This document shows, one piece after another, positions 9,869 through 19,823 of a stretch of DNA of 64,000 nucleotides; positions within the stretch are counted from its first letter, which is position 1, and every line of letters begins with the position of its first letter. The DNA comes from a virus (taxonomy: Duplodnaviria; Caudoviricetes): IMG/VR virus record IMGVR_UViG_3300016649_000355; one strand, written 5' to 3'. The notes under the pieces were generated by a model that was not told the DNA's origin, ran no database searches, and saw nothing but the letters and a program-made list of their open reading frames with translations. The translations under genes were made by a program, and so were the position numbers.

Positions 9869-10791
9869 TGAAAAACAAACTCTGGGTAGAGGCATACAGA
9901 CCTAAATCTGTAAGTGAATATGTATTCGTAGATGAACGACAAAAGCAACAAGTAGAGCAATGGATCAAAGATGGATCTATCCCTCACTTGTTGCTGAGTG
10001 GTGATCCGGGCACAGGTAAGACAACACTGGCAAAAGTGTTAATCAATGAGTTGGGAATTGAAGAATACGATGTGTTAGAAATCAACGCTAGTCGTGAAAA
10101 TGGTATTGACAACTTGAGGGAAAAGATCAATGGGTTCGTACAAACGATGCCTTTTGGTAATTTCAAGATTGTGTTATTAGACGAGGCTGACTATCTTACA
10201 CAACCTGCACAGGCAGCATTGCGTAATGATATGGAAGCATATCATCAGACTGTAAGATACATATTAACATGTAATTATCAATATAAGATCATCCCAGCAT
10301 TGAAATCTAGGTGTCATGAATTTCATATCGCTAAAACTGATATGACAGAATTTACTGCTAGGGCCGCGACGGTTTTAGTTAGTGAAAATGTTGGGTTCGA
10401 CCTTGACACATTAGATGATTATATCCGTGCCACTTATCCTGATCTAAGAAAATGCCTCAATCAATTACAGGTAAATAGTAATAGTGGTAAATTACAGAAG
10501 GCACAAACCCAAGGTTCAGCCGAACATGAACTGTTATTGACTGCTACACAACTGTTCAAATCGGGTAAAATTATTGAGGGAAGACAGCAGTTGATGCAAT
10601 ATATCGCACTTTATCCTACTAGGGTAGAAGATACTTACAAATGGATGTATGATAACATTGATCTATGGGGCGAGTCACAAGAAAAGCGTGATGCAAGTAT
10701 CATAACTATCAGAAATGGTCTGGCAAATCTACCTTTAGTTGGTATACCCGAGATCAGTCTTGCGGCGACACTTGTGGAATTGACAACATGA
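9868..10791 (+). CDS. Clamp loader AAA+ subunit (RFC small/gp44-like)
   Basis: LWVEAYRP, GDPGTGKTT, EINASRENGID, LDEAD, CNY motifs. Confidence 0.92.
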   Translation: MKNKLWVEAYRPKSVSEYVFVDERQKQQVEQWIKDGSIPHLLLSGDPGTGKTTLAKVLINELGIEEYDVLEINASRENGIDNLREKINGFVQTMPFGNFKIVLLDEADYLTQPAQAALRNDMEAYHQTVRYILTCNYQYKIIPALKSRCHEFHIAKTDMTEFTARAATVLVSENVGFDLDTLDDYIRATYPDLRKCLNQLQVNSNSGKLQKAQTQGSAEHELLLTATQLFKSGKIIEGRQQLMQYIALYPTRVEDTYKWMYDNIDLWGESQEKRDASIITIRNGLANLPLVGIPEISLAATLVELTT

Positions 10792-11051
10792 GATATCTTT
10801 TGATAACTTTTTTTCGTAGACCCGGGGGTCAAATCGATGAACAAGTAACCGTGTCTAAAAAAATCAAGCCAAGTGATTTACAAACCTGTAATGTGATTTT
10901 AGACTATAGCAGTAAAAAGGTAGAAAAGTGTGTGATTGAGGGGAAGACAACAGACACCGACTGGGAAAAGATGAATGAATACTACAAGAAAATCTATCCA
11001 GTACTTATCGAACAACTAGAAAAAAATAATCAAGTAGCAAGCAAAAAATGA
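10788..11051 (+). CDS. Hypothetical protein
   Basis: ATGA overlap; 87 aa. Confidence 0.6.
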   Translation: MRYLLITFFRRPGGQIDEQVTVSKKIKPSDLQTCNVILDYSSKKVEKCVIEGKTTDTDWEKMNEYYKKIYPVLIEQLEKNNQVASKK

Positions 11052-11074
11052 TATAGGGGCAATGCCCCTATATC
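11050..11074. terminator. Bidirectional hairpin terminator between convergent genes
   Basis: GATATAGGGGC-AAT-GCCCCTATATC, perfect 11-bp stem. Confidence 0.7.
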
Positions 11075-11850
11075 TATGCGTAAAGTTTTAGTACATGTTC
11101 AATTATCTTATGTCGTTGAACATCCCTAACATCAAAATTACATAATCTAATGCCTTGTGTAGCATTTTTGATTAATCGATTTTGTAAATCCATTAATCCG
11201 TTTTGTGCAGTTTTACGATCTGTCTGCTCGATGTCACCAGTGATCACAATTTTGCTTCCTGAACCTATACGGGTCATGATCATTTTCAATTGGCTAGGTG
11301 TAGCGTTCTGTGCTTCGTCTAAAATTATCCAACTGTTTTTGAAATTTCTTCCCCTACAAAAAGCTAGTGGTGCGATCTCGATTACTTGTTCTGCTAGCAT
11401 GTATTCGATTTCTTTTACTGTATAGAATTCTTTGAGTACATCCAGCAAGGGCCTTGTCCATGGTTCCATTTTAGCATTCAAATCACCTGGCAAAAATCCA
11501 TGTTTTTCATCATCGACTCCGACCGCAGGTCTTGTCAATATGATTTTTTCACATTTATTTTCTCTCAATGCTTTGATTGCCGCAAGCATAGCCAGATAAG
11601 TTTTTCCAGTTCCAGCAGGCCCGTGAACTACCACTATATCCGTCTCGATATCAAATAATGCTAAGATATAGTTTTCTTGATTAATAGTTTTGGGAATTAA
11701 TTCGATCGGTTTTCTTTGTCTTGTTTTACCTTGAAAGAAATCGATTGTATTTGATTGTGCTGAATAGAAAGTATTTGAACTATTTAATTGAACTTGCTTG
11801 AAACGAACATCATCCTTATTACGCAATGCGCTAGTTTTTCTTTTGCTCAA
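11074..11850 (-). CDS. phoH: PhoH family ATPase
   Basis: HGPAGTGKTYLA, GFLPGDL, RGRNFKN, LDEAQN, TGDIEQTD motifs. Confidence 0.93.
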   Translation of the reverse strand: MSKRKTSALRNKDDVRFKQVQLNSSNTFYSAQSNTIDFFQGKTRQRKPIELIPKTINQENYILALFDIETDIVVVHGPAGTGKTYLAMLAAIKALRENKCEKIILTRPAVGVDDEKHGFLPGDLNAKMEPWTRPLLDVLKEFYTVKEIEYMLAEQVIEIAPLAFCRGRNFKNSWIILDEAQNATPSQLKMIMTRIGSGSKIVITGDIEQTDRKTAQNGLMDLQNRLIKNATQGIRLCNFDVRDVQRHKIIEHVLKLYA

Positions 11851-12013
11851 GTTTATCTCCTTTCAAGAGCTATACTTCTCAACTACATTTTTATTTAAGG
11901 TCGTATATACTAAACTTAAATGTATATGTTTTAGTTTTTACGGCAAGATAAATAAAAGGCTATAAGCACAAAACATTCAATTCTTAAATAAAAATTACAT
12001 AGATAAATACATC

Positions 12014-12586
12014 ATGAACCATAAATCCTCAGATAAATTTTTCAATGATGTAGATTTCGTAAGTATTGTAAGCACGGTCAAGGGCATATTTACCAGCGAC
12101 GGTGCTATGTCTTTATTATTAGACTTTGAGCGTGTTTTAGATGAAGCTGATATATATGCCTTTAAAAACTGGCAATTAGGTGAATTAGTTTCAGGTCCAA
12201 ATAATGGGCGCTATACAGTGAGTTGTATTTTTATGTGGCCTTATAAATTAATGCCAGATCCAGCTGGCATCAAACGCTTATTAGTAATAGGTTGTGATGT
12301 AGAAATGGACAAGGGTGAGATTGAAGTACCAGTAGAAGTACTAGATTATGAAGATTTTGTTCCAGGTACTAGATATCCTAAAATGCATGAGAGAAAAGTA
12401 TGGTTCGTTAAGATCACAGTCCCGAAAGACCTGATGAATGATTTGAAAGAGGGTTCAATTGACCTTGCTGATCAAACAATCGATCTACAGGAATTGGAAG
12501 AAGCTTATGAAGATGATCTTGATGCAGAGGGAATAACGCCTGAAGATGCTGCTTCTGATACTCAAGAATTGCCGGCAGGACAATAA
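12014..12586 (+). CDS. Hypothetical late protein
   Basis: TAAATA 4 nt upstream of ATG; acidic C-terminus. Confidence 0.65.
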   Translation: MNHKSSDKFFNDVDFVSIVSTVKGIFTSDGAMSLLLDFERVLDEADIYAFKNWQLGELVSGPNNGRYTVSCIFMWPYKLMPDPAGIKRLLVIGCDVEMDKGEIEVPVEVLDYEDFVPGTRYPKMHERKVWFVKITVPKDLMNDLKEGSIDLADQTIDLQELEEAYEDDLDAEGITPEDAASDTQELPAGQ

Positions 12587-12588
12587 AA

Positions 12589-13131
12589 ATGAAAATATTA
12601 TTTGAAGGTTTAGATTATCTTGACATGGTAAACCAAATTGAACCATTGTTATCTGTCGATGAATATGTTGCCAAAATGGGCAAAGATAGCGATATTGTTA
12701 CATTGGCATTTACTGTAAAATCGGAATTAGCAGGAAGAGATTTAGTAGACTGGTTTGAGAGGGGCTATGATTTCGTTTTAGATGCAAGCCTTAGTGATGG
12801 AGAAGTTAAACCGGGAAAATATTTAGTTTTTGTTGAAATGAATCGTAGATCATCGGTGCCTGAAAGAATAGAGGAATTACTTACTGATTTGAAAACTCTT
12901 ACTGATATAAAACCCACTGAGTGGACTATAAGAGTAGGTGATGAAGAATATGATTTAGATATAGAAGTTTTGAAAAAAGTTATCACAGTATCTCCACATG
13001 AGTATAGAATCGAAAAAGAAGGTCAAGAAGAATTAAATGAATATCGAGAAATTGCCGGACTTAAAACCAGTAATATATACCACAGCGATGATAAAGAAAT
13101 ACAAAATTTTAAAAACTTAGCGGGGTTATAA
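12589..13131 (+). CDS. Hypothetical late protein (possible head-associated)
   Basis: MKILFE leader; twice-repeated ..AGL C-terminal motif. Confidence 0.6.
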   Translation: MKILFEGLDYLDMVNQIEPLLSVDEYVAKMGKDSDIVTLAFTVKSELAGRDLVDWFERGYDFVLDASLSDGEVKPGKYLVFVEMNRRSSVPERIEELLTDLKTLTDIKPTEWTIRVGDEEYDLDIEVLKKVITVSPHEYRIEKEGQEELNEYREIAGLKTSNIYHSDDKEIQNFKNLAGL

Positions 13132-13643
13132 TGACAAAAACACTACTTCCAAAAAAATCATATTCTGAAAATCCCTTCGCAATCAATGATGATGCACATG
13201 ATCAACTAACCAATGATTCAAGCGTCCCACAATTTCCACAAGGTGGAGCGACATTCACTACTAGTGTTTCTGCACCCTCTGCTCCTGCTGGGGGTTACAG
13301 TCAACCAGCTCCCTCAGCACCTGCTCCAGTATTGACTCAGGCAGGTGAGAATGCTGCGCAGGATGCGGATGTATTAGTCAAGCATAATAAAGAAAGTGAA
13401 GACTGGATCAATAAGAAATGGCGTCCTGCAATGGGTTGGGTATACATGTTGACCTGCACAGCAGATTTTGTTTTATTTCCTGTATTATGGAGCATGTTAC
13501 AAGCATTGAGTTCGGGACAAGTAACTAGCCAATGGCAGCCATTGACATTGCAAGGAGCAGGATTGTATCACATCGCAATGGGTGCAGTTCTAGGTATAGC
13601 AGTATATGGCAGGACTAAGGAAAAACTAGAACAAAAGCAGTAA
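13131..13643 (+). CDS. Putative holin (3TM/GTA-type) with Pro/Ala-rich N-terminal extension
   Basis: WINKKWRPAMGW...W.PLTL...HIAMGAVLGIAVYGRTKEK. Confidence 0.65.
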   Translation: MTKTLLPKKSYSENPFAINDDAHDQLTNDSSVPQFPQGGATFTTSVSAPSAPAGGYSQPAPSAPAPVLTQAGENAAQDADVLVKHNKESEDWINKKWRPAMGWVYMLTCTADFVLFPVLWSMLQALSSGQVTSQWQPLTLQGAGLYHIAMGAVLGIAVYGRTKEKLEQKQ

Positions 13644-13679
13644 TAATTTGGCACATATCATTATGTGTTTAAATACTTC

Positions 13680-14459
13680 ATGGACTACTACAAAACATTG
13701 GGTGTTGAAAAGAACTCAACACCTGATGATATAAAGAAAGCGTATAGAAAATTAGCGAGTCAGCATCACCCTGATAAAGGAGGTGATACTATTCGTTTCC
13801 AAGAAATACAAGCAGCATATGAAACGCTTTCTGATCCAATAAAGAGGCAAGAATATGATAATCCTATGCCACAGGGAATGCCGGGGGGATTTCATTTTAA
13901 TGCTAATGGGTTCGATCTTAACGATATATTTGCCCAAGTATTCAATCAACATAGACAGCATTCAAATTTTAATAAACAAACTTATAGAACTAGAGTCAAT
14001 ATATCTTTAAAAGATGCTTATTTGGGTACGAAGTCCACATTAAAGCTACAGGGATTAGCCAATATGAAAATATGCACCATTGATGTTCCTAAAGGAATCA
14101 CTGACGGTTCGCAAATTAGATACGACAACATAATCGATAATGGAAGCCTGATAGTTGAATTTATTATAAATCCTGATCTTAAATTTGACAGAAAGGGAAA
14201 TGATCTGTATAGTAATGTGTCAATATCAGTTTTGGATCTAATAGTAGGAACGGAAATTGAATTTACTACATTGTCAGGAAAAAATCTATTAGTTAATATC
14301 AATTCAAAAACACAACCATATATGCAATTAAAAATACCGGGGGAGGGTATGCCTATATATGGAACAAAAATGTACGGCGACCAAATAATCTTGCTTAAAC
14401 CATTCATGCCTGATAAAATTGATCAAGCTATAACCGACAGTATTTTGCGTTCTAAGTAA
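13680..14459 (+). CDS. dnaJ: DnaJ/CbpA-like co-chaperone without zinc finger
   Basis: J domain (DYYKTLGV...HHPDKGG) plus DnaJ C-terminal domain (GEGMP). Confidence 0.9.
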   Translation: MDYYKTLGVEKNSTPDDIKKAYRKLASQHHPDKGGDTIRFQEIQAAYETLSDPIKRQEYDNPMPQGMPGGFHFNANGFDLNDIFAQVFNQHRQHSNFNKQTYRTRVNISLKDAYLGTKSTLKLQGLANMKICTIDVPKGITDGSQIRYDNIIDNGSLIVEFIINPDLKFDRKGNDLYSNVSISVLDLIVGTEIEFTTLSGKNLLVNINSKTQPYMQLKIPGEGMPIYGTKMYGDQIILLKPFMPDKIDQAITDSILRSK

Positions 14460-14484
14460 ATTTAAATATATAAAAAGGAAAAAT

Positions 14485-16752
14485 ATGACCAACTCACCCG
14501 AAATTGAAAGCATCATTGAACAGGCTATCATTTTTGCTAAAGATAAAAAACATGAATATTGCACAGTAGAGCATTTATTGCTAGCCCTGGTGAGCCATCC
14601 CCCATTCAAAAAATGCCTTGTGAGTTTTGGTGCTGATATCGAATTGATGATGCAAGATATTAATTCTTACCTTGATAGTCTGCATGCTATTGTGTCTAAC
14701 AAAGAAGAGGTTACTCCTAGAAAAACTAATTCTCTAGAGAGGGTAATGAACAGAACGGTTACTCAGGTATTATTTACCGGGCGTAGACAGGTCACTACAA
14801 TCGATCTCTATCTCAGTATTGCGGCTGAGGGTAACAGTCATGCACATTATTTCTTATTAAAATATGGAATCCACAAAGCAGAATTCTTGACTCATTGGCA
14901 GAAAACATATAAAGGTAGTGAATACACAAATCATCTCACGGAGACACAAGCAGATGAGATCCTTGACGAGAACACGATAAATCTTACAACACTTGCCAAA
15001 CAAGGTAAATTAGAACCGGTCATTGGTCGTTCTTCTGAACTGCAAGATATCGTTAATGTTCTGGCAAAAAGATTTAAATCAAATGTATTGATGGTGGGTG
15101 ATCCGGGGGTGGGTAAGACTGCCATCGTAGAGGGTTTGGCACAACAGATAGTAGAAGACAATGTTCCGGACTTTCTCAAAGATCATGAACTATACTCCCT
15201 AGAGATCGGCGGGTTGCTAGCTGGATCAAAATATCGAGGAGACTTCGAAGAAAAAGTTAAAAATGTAATCGATGCCTTGAACACAAAGAAAAAAGCCATT
15301 TTGTTTATTGATGAAGCTCACACAATGCAGGGAGCAGGCAGTGCTACGAATGGTGCTGTCGATTTTGCTAATATGATTAAACCTGCAATCACAAAGGGAA
15401 CATTAAAGGTTCTTGCAAGTACTACTTGGGAAGAATTTTATGAAAGTTTTGAAAAAGATCGTGCATTGATGCGAAGATTTTACAAGATTTCTATCGATGA
15501 ACCATCTAAAGATTCTACAATCAGAATCTTAAAGGGATTGAGTGTAAGATTGAGCGAGTTCCATGAAGTAGAAATTAATGAGGATGCAATTCTTACCGCT
15601 GTTGAAAAAGCAGACCGTTATATTCAAGATAGAAAGAATCCAGATAAATCTATCGACTTATTGGATGCAGCATGTGCTAAACAAAGGGCGGCTAATAATA
15701 AGGGAGCAGTGATAACAAAGCAGTTGATCAATGAGCAGGTTGAGAAATACACAGGTGTTCCTGCTGATAAATTGAATGGAGATAATCTTGACCGTATCCA
15801 TAATCTTGAAATAAATATCAAGGAAAAACTTTATGGCCAGGATGAAACTGTTGAACAGGTGCTTGAGAGGGTTTATGTGAGTTTTGCAGGTATCGGAACC
15901 GAAACGAAACCAATGTCAAGCTTTTTATTTTTAGGCCCAACAGGTACAGGTAAAACAGAACTTGCAAAGCTATTGAGCAAAAATCTTGACATGCCTTTAC
16001 TCAAATATGATATGAGTGAATATAGTGAAAAACATTCTGTGTCAAGCTTGATAGGTCCGCCCCCCGGTTATGTAGGTTTTAATGATAGTCAAGTTCAAGG
16101 TGGAAGATTGATCAGTGATTTGAGCAAAAGTCCACACTCAATCATGTTGTTTGATGAAGTTGAAAAGGCACATCCTGACATATTTAATATCTTTTTGCAG
16201 ATGTTAGATGAAGGGAGAGTAACTGGCAGTAATGGTAAAGAAGTAAGCTGTAAAAACACGATTATTATTTTGACTTCAAATCTAGGTAGCCAAGATAGCG
16301 AAAAATTAAATATCGGTTTTAGTGATCAGGAGAAAACAGGAGAAGATGATAAAGCATTAAAAGAATTTTTCAAACCTGAATTTCGCAACAGGCTTGATCT
16401 TGTGTGTAAGTTTAAGAAACTAGACATGCTAGCCATCAAAAAGATCGTAATCAAATTTACTGAGGAACTCAAAAAGAGTCTGCTTGAAAAACATAACATC
16501 ACTCTAAATTTAACTGAAAATGTGGTAGAATATCTAGCAGAAAAGGGATATGATAAAAAGATGGGTGCGAGACCACTCGCAAGAAAGATCGACGAATTAA
16601 TACGAGTGCCTTTGAGTAAAAAAATCTTATTTGAAAAAATTAAAAACGCCAATGTTACCGCAAACTTACTTGATGGGAAAATCGATTTTGGAATTCAAAC
16701 AAAATCCACAGGCAAGGTAGGAGAAGATGGAATCATTACAGTTGAAGGTTGA
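14485..16752 (+). CDS. clpA: ClpA-like Hsp100 AAA+ chaperone
   Basis: Clp N domain; two Walker A motifs (GDPGVGKT, GPTGTGKT); PPGYVG; KPEFRNRLD; MGARPL. Confidence 0.92.
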   Translation: MTNSPEIESIIEQAIIFAKDKKHEYCTVEHLLLALVSHPPFKKCLVSFGADIELMMQDINSYLDSLHAIVSNKEEVTPRKTNSLERVMNRTVTQVLFTGRRQVTTIDLYLSIAAEGNSHAHYFLLKYGIHKAEFLTHWQKTYKGSEYTNHLTETQADEILDENTINLTTLAKQGKLEPVIGRSSELQDIVNVLAKRFKSNVLMVGDPGVGKTAIVEGLAQQIVEDNVPDFLKDHELYSLEIGGLLAGSKYRGDFEEKVKNVIDALNTKKKAILFIDEAHTMQGAGSATNGAVDFANMIKPAITKGTLKVLASTTWEEFYESFEKDRALMRRFYKISIDEPSKDSTIRILKGLSVRLSEFHEVEINEDAILTAVEKADRYIQDRKNPDKSIDLLDAACAKQRAANNKGAVITKQLINEQVEKYTGVPADKLNGDNLDRIHNLEINIKEKLYGQDETVEQVLERVYVSFAGIGTETKPMSSFLFLGPTGTGKTELAKLLSKNLDMPLLKYDMSEYSEKHSVSSLIGPPPGYVGFNDSQVQGGRLISDLSKSPHSIMLFDEVEKAHPDIFNIFLQMLDEGRVTGSNGKEVSCKNTIIILTSNLGSQDSEKLNIGFSDQEKTGEDDKALKEFFKPEFRNRLDLVCKFKKLDMLAIKKIVIKFTEELKKSLLEKHNITLNLTENVVEYLAEKGYDKKMGARPLARKIDELIRVPLSKKILFEKIKNANVTANLLDGKIDFGIQTKSTGKVGEDGIITVEG

Positions 16753-17374
16753 CAACAGACCCAACCTATACTGGAATAAGTTCCAGTATAGGGCCCGTGT
16801 AAGAATCGATGGGTTGAGGATGACCTATGGGGCTAGATCGGTAGATGATGTTAGCAAAAATGTAGAATATGCCAAGACCTATGGGCGACGATTGCCCGTG
16901 ATCGATTACATATCGATAGGCAAATGGTTAGACTTCAAAATAGCAAATAAAGACAAAGTATTGATACGGATAGAGGGTGATACCGCGGGAGTTTTTTCTA
17001 ATGATCTAGCTTGTTTACAGAGCCTCGAATCGAAAGGTATCATTCCTTTGGACTATACCCAAGCATGCTCTATTGAACCTAACGGTATCATGTATTTTAA
17101 GAATGATCCTAAATATAAGTATCGCAGCTATATGAGGGCTAAAAGAATAGAAGATGGAACTAAACAAGATATCAGAGATTTCATAAAAAGATATGACCTC
17201 AAACCCTGCAAAGCATTAGATGAATGGTTAAGTGGCACGAAATACAAATTCGTTTCAAGTTATGTGCCAAATACTTATTTCATCGCCTACGACGATGATA
17301 AGATGCCCATGTTGATGTCTATAGTATTGCCTGGACTATTTAACAAACATTATAAAGTTGAAAAACGCCCATAA
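16727..17374 (+). CDS. Hypothetical phage protein
   Basis: SD (AGGAG) and ATG; 215 aa. Confidence 0.65.
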   Translation: MESLQLKVDNRPNLYWNKFQYRARVRIDGLRMTYGARSVDDVSKNVEYAKTYGRRLPVIDYISIGKWLDFKIANKDKVLIRIEGDTAGVFSNDLACLQSLESKGIIPLDYTQACSIEPNGIMYFKNDPKYKYRSYMRAKRIEDGTKQDIRDFIKRYDLKPCKALDEWLSGTKYKFVSSYVPNTYFIAYDDDKMPMLMSIVLPGLFNKHYKVEKRP

Positions 17375-17407
17375 GAATGATAAATACTCTATAAATGGAG
17401 TGTTTTC

Positions 17408-17572
17408 ATGGCAAAAATTGTTGAAGATGTAGTAGTAATAAAATTCAGTAAACTAGTCAAAGATGATCAGGATGTATCTAGTATTGTTACTACAGATACA
17501 CAGCAGGCCCTTGAGCAAGTAGCACAAGAGTTAGCAGGTGAGTCGGTGATCGTAGAGGTAGTCAAGGCATGA
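17408..17572 (+). CDS. Small hypothetical late protein (54 aa; absent from ORF track)
   Basis: TAAATA at 17381, SD GGAG, ATGA overlap with next gene; MAKIVEDVVVIKFSKLVKD... Confidence 0.7.
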   Translation: MAKIVEDVVVIKFSKLVKDDQDVSSIVTTDTQQALEQVAQELAGESVIVEVVKA

Positions 17573-17958
17573 GCCAGACTACTACACTAATTTTGTTATC
17601 AGAGACTAATTGGAATAGTAATATTGCCAACGGCAATTCATATACAGTAACCGGTAACAGTCAGCCTGCTGCTGCATATTATCTAGGCAATCAGGATCTA
17701 CAAACAGTGGCATTAAAAGTTACTAATTGTGTGGGCAACATCGTGATCGAAGCAAGTTTAGCAACAAGTCCCACTGAAACAGATTGGTTCGATGTTTATA
17801 AATTAGTTGCTAATGCAAATGCAACACCCAATACTGCCCCTCAAATTGCAAGTAATGCAAGTGTATATACAAACATAGAAGGTAATTTTGTTTACATGAG
17901 AGCCAAAGTAGAAGATTTTGCACAGGGTGGGGTGCAGTATATAAAATTGAGTTATTGA
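17569..17958 (+). CDS. Hypothetical, probable virion beta-sandwich protein
   Basis: Late operon; GNIVIEASLA...WFDV...GNFVYMRAKV pattern. Confidence 0.55.
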   Translation: MSQTTTLILLSETNWNSNIANGNSYTVTGNSQPAAAYYLGNQDLQTVALKVTNCVGNIVIEASLATSPTETDWFDVYKLVANANATPNTAPQIASNASVYTNIEGNFVYMRAKVEDFAQGGVQYIKLSY

Positions 17959-17959
17959 T

Positions 17960-18793
17960 ATGGAAACCATTGCAATATATCCGGGAAGATTTCATCCCTT
18001 CCATAAGGGCCATGCTGAAAGCTTTAAACAAATGGCACAAGAATTTGGGCCTAATAATACATATCTTGCGATAAGCGCAAAACAAGAACAGCCCAAAAGT
18101 CCTTTCAGTGCAGGTGATCGCGCAAAGATGGCAATGGCATTAGGTATACCAAAAGAAAATATCATCAGCGTCAACAACACATACGGCGGTGATGAGTATA
18201 TTCAAAGATTCAAAAAAGCAGGAATCGATCCTGATAACACTATATTAGTTTTAGGTGTTAGCAAGAAAGATATGGGATCCGATCCAAGATTTACCTTTGA
18301 ACCAAAGAAAGATGGATCGATGTCGTATCTACAACCCTATCGCAAAGGTCCGCAAGAACCCATGACCAAGCATGCCTACATAGTTTCTACTGATGTTGCT
18401 GAATTTCCAATCGCAGGCGAGGTCGTGCGCGATGCATCGAAGATACGGGATATGTATAAGCAGGGTGATGATCAACTTAAATCAAAAATATTGACAGATT
18501 TATATGGATCAAAAGCTGCCAAATTAATCAAACCAATTTTCGATCAAAATCTAACTGTCAATGAAGCGATCACTATTCCAAAATTAAATAAGATAGATTT
18601 ATACTATAAACCCATTGGCAGGGAAGAGATCAAAACAGTTTTCAAAAATTTGGATTACAATATGCTTGATAAAATGCTAAAAGCCATCAAGCAAAAACAC
18701 GGCATAGACGCATCAAAATTTTTCTGGGTACCTGCAGGACAGAAACCCACTACAACACTAGAAGAATCTATTGATTATCTAGAAGAAAAATAA
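17960..18793 (+). CDS. HxGH nucleotidyl/cytidylyltransferase-like protein
   Basis: IAIYPGRFHPFHKGH motif; C-terminal VNE/LEE linkers. Confidence 0.75.
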   Translation: METIAIYPGRFHPFHKGHAESFKQMAQEFGPNNTYLAISAKQEQPKSPFSAGDRAKMAMALGIPKENIISVNNTYGGDEYIQRFKKAGIDPDNTILVLGVSKKDMGSDPRFTFEPKKDGSMSYLQPYRKGPQEPMTKHAYIVSTDVAEFPIAGEVVRDASKIRDMYKQGDDQLKSKILTDLYGSKAAKLIKPIFDQNLTVNEAITIPKLNKIDLYYKPIGREEIKTVFKNLDYNMLDKMLKAIKQKHGIDASKFFWVPAGQKPTTTLEESIDYLEEK

Positions 18794-18844
18794 TTCGACA
18801 CACTCCTCATTCAGTAAATATATTTACATTTTAGTGAGGAACAC

Positions 18845-19768
18845 ATGCCGCGTAAACCAAAAGAAGACAAAAAAGTACCTGTAGAACAGGTAAAAGAAGT
18901 TTTACAAGAGATCAAAGAGACTCCTGCAACTAACAGCGAACAACAGGTTGTAGCTCAAACCCAAGAAAATCAACAACCACAGCAAGGACAGGTTCAGGTC
19001 AATGTAGACTTCTTGCGCACAACAAGAGTTCACATCGCTATGCCTTGTTATGGTGGAATGTTGACTGAATCAACTTTCATGAGTTTCATCAAGTGGGCAA
19101 ATACTGCCCGTCAATTAGGTATTGATTGGACATTGGAAACAATGGTTAACGAATCATTGATTAGCCGCGCAAGAAACACGCTAACTGCTAAATTCCTTGA
19201 TATGCCCGATGCTACACACTTGTTCTTTGTTGATGCTGATATTGGTTGGGAGCCATGGCACTTATTGGTTCTATTGAACCGCGACAAAGATGTTATCGCA
19301 GGTTTATATCCCATGAAGACCATGCCAATCAAGTGGGTTGTCAATGGTTTCGACGGTGCAGAAGAAGGTCCTGATGGCTTACAAGAGGTAAGCAAAGCAG
19401 GTACAGGTTTCTTATTGATGAAGAAACATGTGTTTGAAAAGATGAATAGTCACCCTGCTGTGAAGCAGTACAAGAACGATATCGGACTTGATCCTAAGTA
19501 TGATCAGTATCTAAAGACTTATTTTGATACAGCAGTCCGTCAAAATCGTTACTATAGTGAAGACTGGACATTTTGCGAGAACTGGCGTGATCTAGGTGGT
19601 CGTATCTGGGTCGATAAGCGTGTATTACTACGCCATAGTGGTAGCTATGTTTTCTGTATGGAAAATCAACAGCACTTAATGAACACGATCGGACCTATGT
19701 ACATCAATGAACAAAAGCAAAAAGGCTTTAAGTTAGTTGATCAAAATGGGAATGAAATAGCTGTTTAA
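18845..19768 (+). CDS. GT-A fold glycosyltransferase-like protein
   Basis: IAMPCYGG, ESLISRARN, LFFVDADIGW, GTGFLLM, SEDWTFC. Confidence 0.75.
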   Translation: MPRKPKEDKKVPVEQVKEVLQEIKETPATNSEQQVVAQTQENQQPQQGQVQVNVDFLRTTRVHIAMPCYGGMLTESTFMSFIKWANTARQLGIDWTLETMVNESLISRARNTLTAKFLDMPDATHLFFVDADIGWEPWHLLVLLNRDKDVIAGLYPMKTMPIKWVVNGFDGAEEGPDGLQEVSKAGTGFLLMKKHVFEKMNSHPAVKQYKNDIGLDPKYDQYLKTYFDTAVRQNRYYSEDWTFCENWRDLGGRIWVDKRVLLRHSGSYVFCMENQQHLMNTIGPMYINEQKQKGFKLVDQNGNEIAV

Positions 19769-19771
19769 AAC

Positions 19772-19795
19772 AAAGCCCCGAAAGGGGCTTTTTTG
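19772..19795 (+). terminator. Rho-independent terminator
   Basis: AAAGCCCC-GAAA-GGGGCTTT followed by a T run. Confidence 0.9.
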
Positions 19796-19823
19796 TTTAT
19801 GTAGTATTACAAATAAATACTAT

